From Alphaproteobacteria bacterium (GTDB lineage Bacteria; Pseudomonadota; Alphaproteobacteria; UBA828): a stretch of 64,000 bases of DNA. Numbering within the stretch: the first letter of the stretch is position 1; each line of letters opens with the position of its first letter. The DNA is taken from NCBI GenBank assembly GCA_965214705.1, contig CBDCCI010000002.1:256001-320000 (forward strand), given 5' to 3'. Of the stretch, positions 63,662 to 64,000 are shown in pieces. The position numbers were made by a program, and so were the translations under genes. A model generated the notes under the pieces. It saw only the letters and a program-made list of their open reading frames with translations, made no database searches and was not told the DNA's origin.

Positions 63662-64000
63662 AACAATATGTTGAGCAGCGACGCGAAGGCCCCGGCAGCT
63701 CTGGCTGCAGGGGCCTAAACGCTCAACATAGAGTTCACGACCTCGGGGCGCTCAGAACCCTGAGTAGCTTGTCCTGTGCGCCGCTGAAGGCCCCTTTTCG
63801 GATCCTAGGGGGCACATTCGCGTTGAGTATCTTGAGCTTCTCCGCTGTGTTGCCCCGCAGGTAAAGCTCCGTGCTCGATATGTTTGTGTGCCCCAGCCAC
63901 ATCGAGACGTAAAGAACGTTCCAGTGCGTCGCTTCCAACGTGTGCATGGCGCAGGAGCGCCTCAAGACGTGGGGCGTGATGCGCTTGCTGTCGATGGACG
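63662..64000 (-). mobile_element. End of a RIT (recombinase-in-trio)-like element; outermost repeat displaced to 61013-61029
   Basis: Repeated CTCAACATA/TATGTTGAG motifs at 61013-61032, ~63667 and ~63723. Confidence 0.65.
63735..64000 (-). CDS. RitC-like tyrosine recombinase, C-terminal part
   Basis: ITPHVLRRSCAMH-L-AT, WLGH---STE-Y, EKL...DKLL tail. Confidence 0.8.
   Translation of the reverse strand, partial: SIDSKRITPHVLRRSCAMHTLEATHWNVLYVSMWLGHTNISSTELYLRGNTAEKLKILNANVPPRIRKGAFSGAQDKLLRVLSAPRS

Noticed and set aside
1-64000. CRISPR arrays, tRNA/rRNA, reverse transcriptase, TnpB/IscB or IS110 RNA-guided systems
   Set aside because: No repeat-spacer array or diagnostic motifs seen by eye; the IS66 TnpB here is the unrelated accessory protein

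Overview
High-GC window that looks like part of a conjugative element (ICE or plasmid, probably alphaproteobacterial) saturated with nested mobile DNA. The backbone has a TrwB/TraD coupling protein, a MOBF relaxase-helicase, a candidate oriT and two inverted ssb-containing modules. Junction analysis resolves several nested insertions. (1) A DUF3800 gene is split by an IS66 (8-bp TSD), whose tnpC is split by a ~20-kb tandem-integrase element carrying a double-AAA ATPase, a WYL regulator, a peptidase-like protein, an AddAB-like pair, an ISAs1 and an ISKra4. (2) A 1825-aa sacsin-like GHKL/DUF3883 gene is hit twice by the same tyrosine-recombinase + IS91(Y2) element, one copy of which also carries an IS1634. 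(3) A second tandem-integrase pair abuts a truncated ssb. (4) A MITE-flanked DUF4268 cassette with an 8-bp TSD sits inside a nuclease-like gene. (5) A cold-shock-domain/STAND ATPase/PRTase in-frame chimera is present. (6) A third recombinase+IS91 element sits inside the end of a RIT element. No rRNA, tRNA or CRISPR array was seen. All family assignments come from motif recognition by eye, not database searches.
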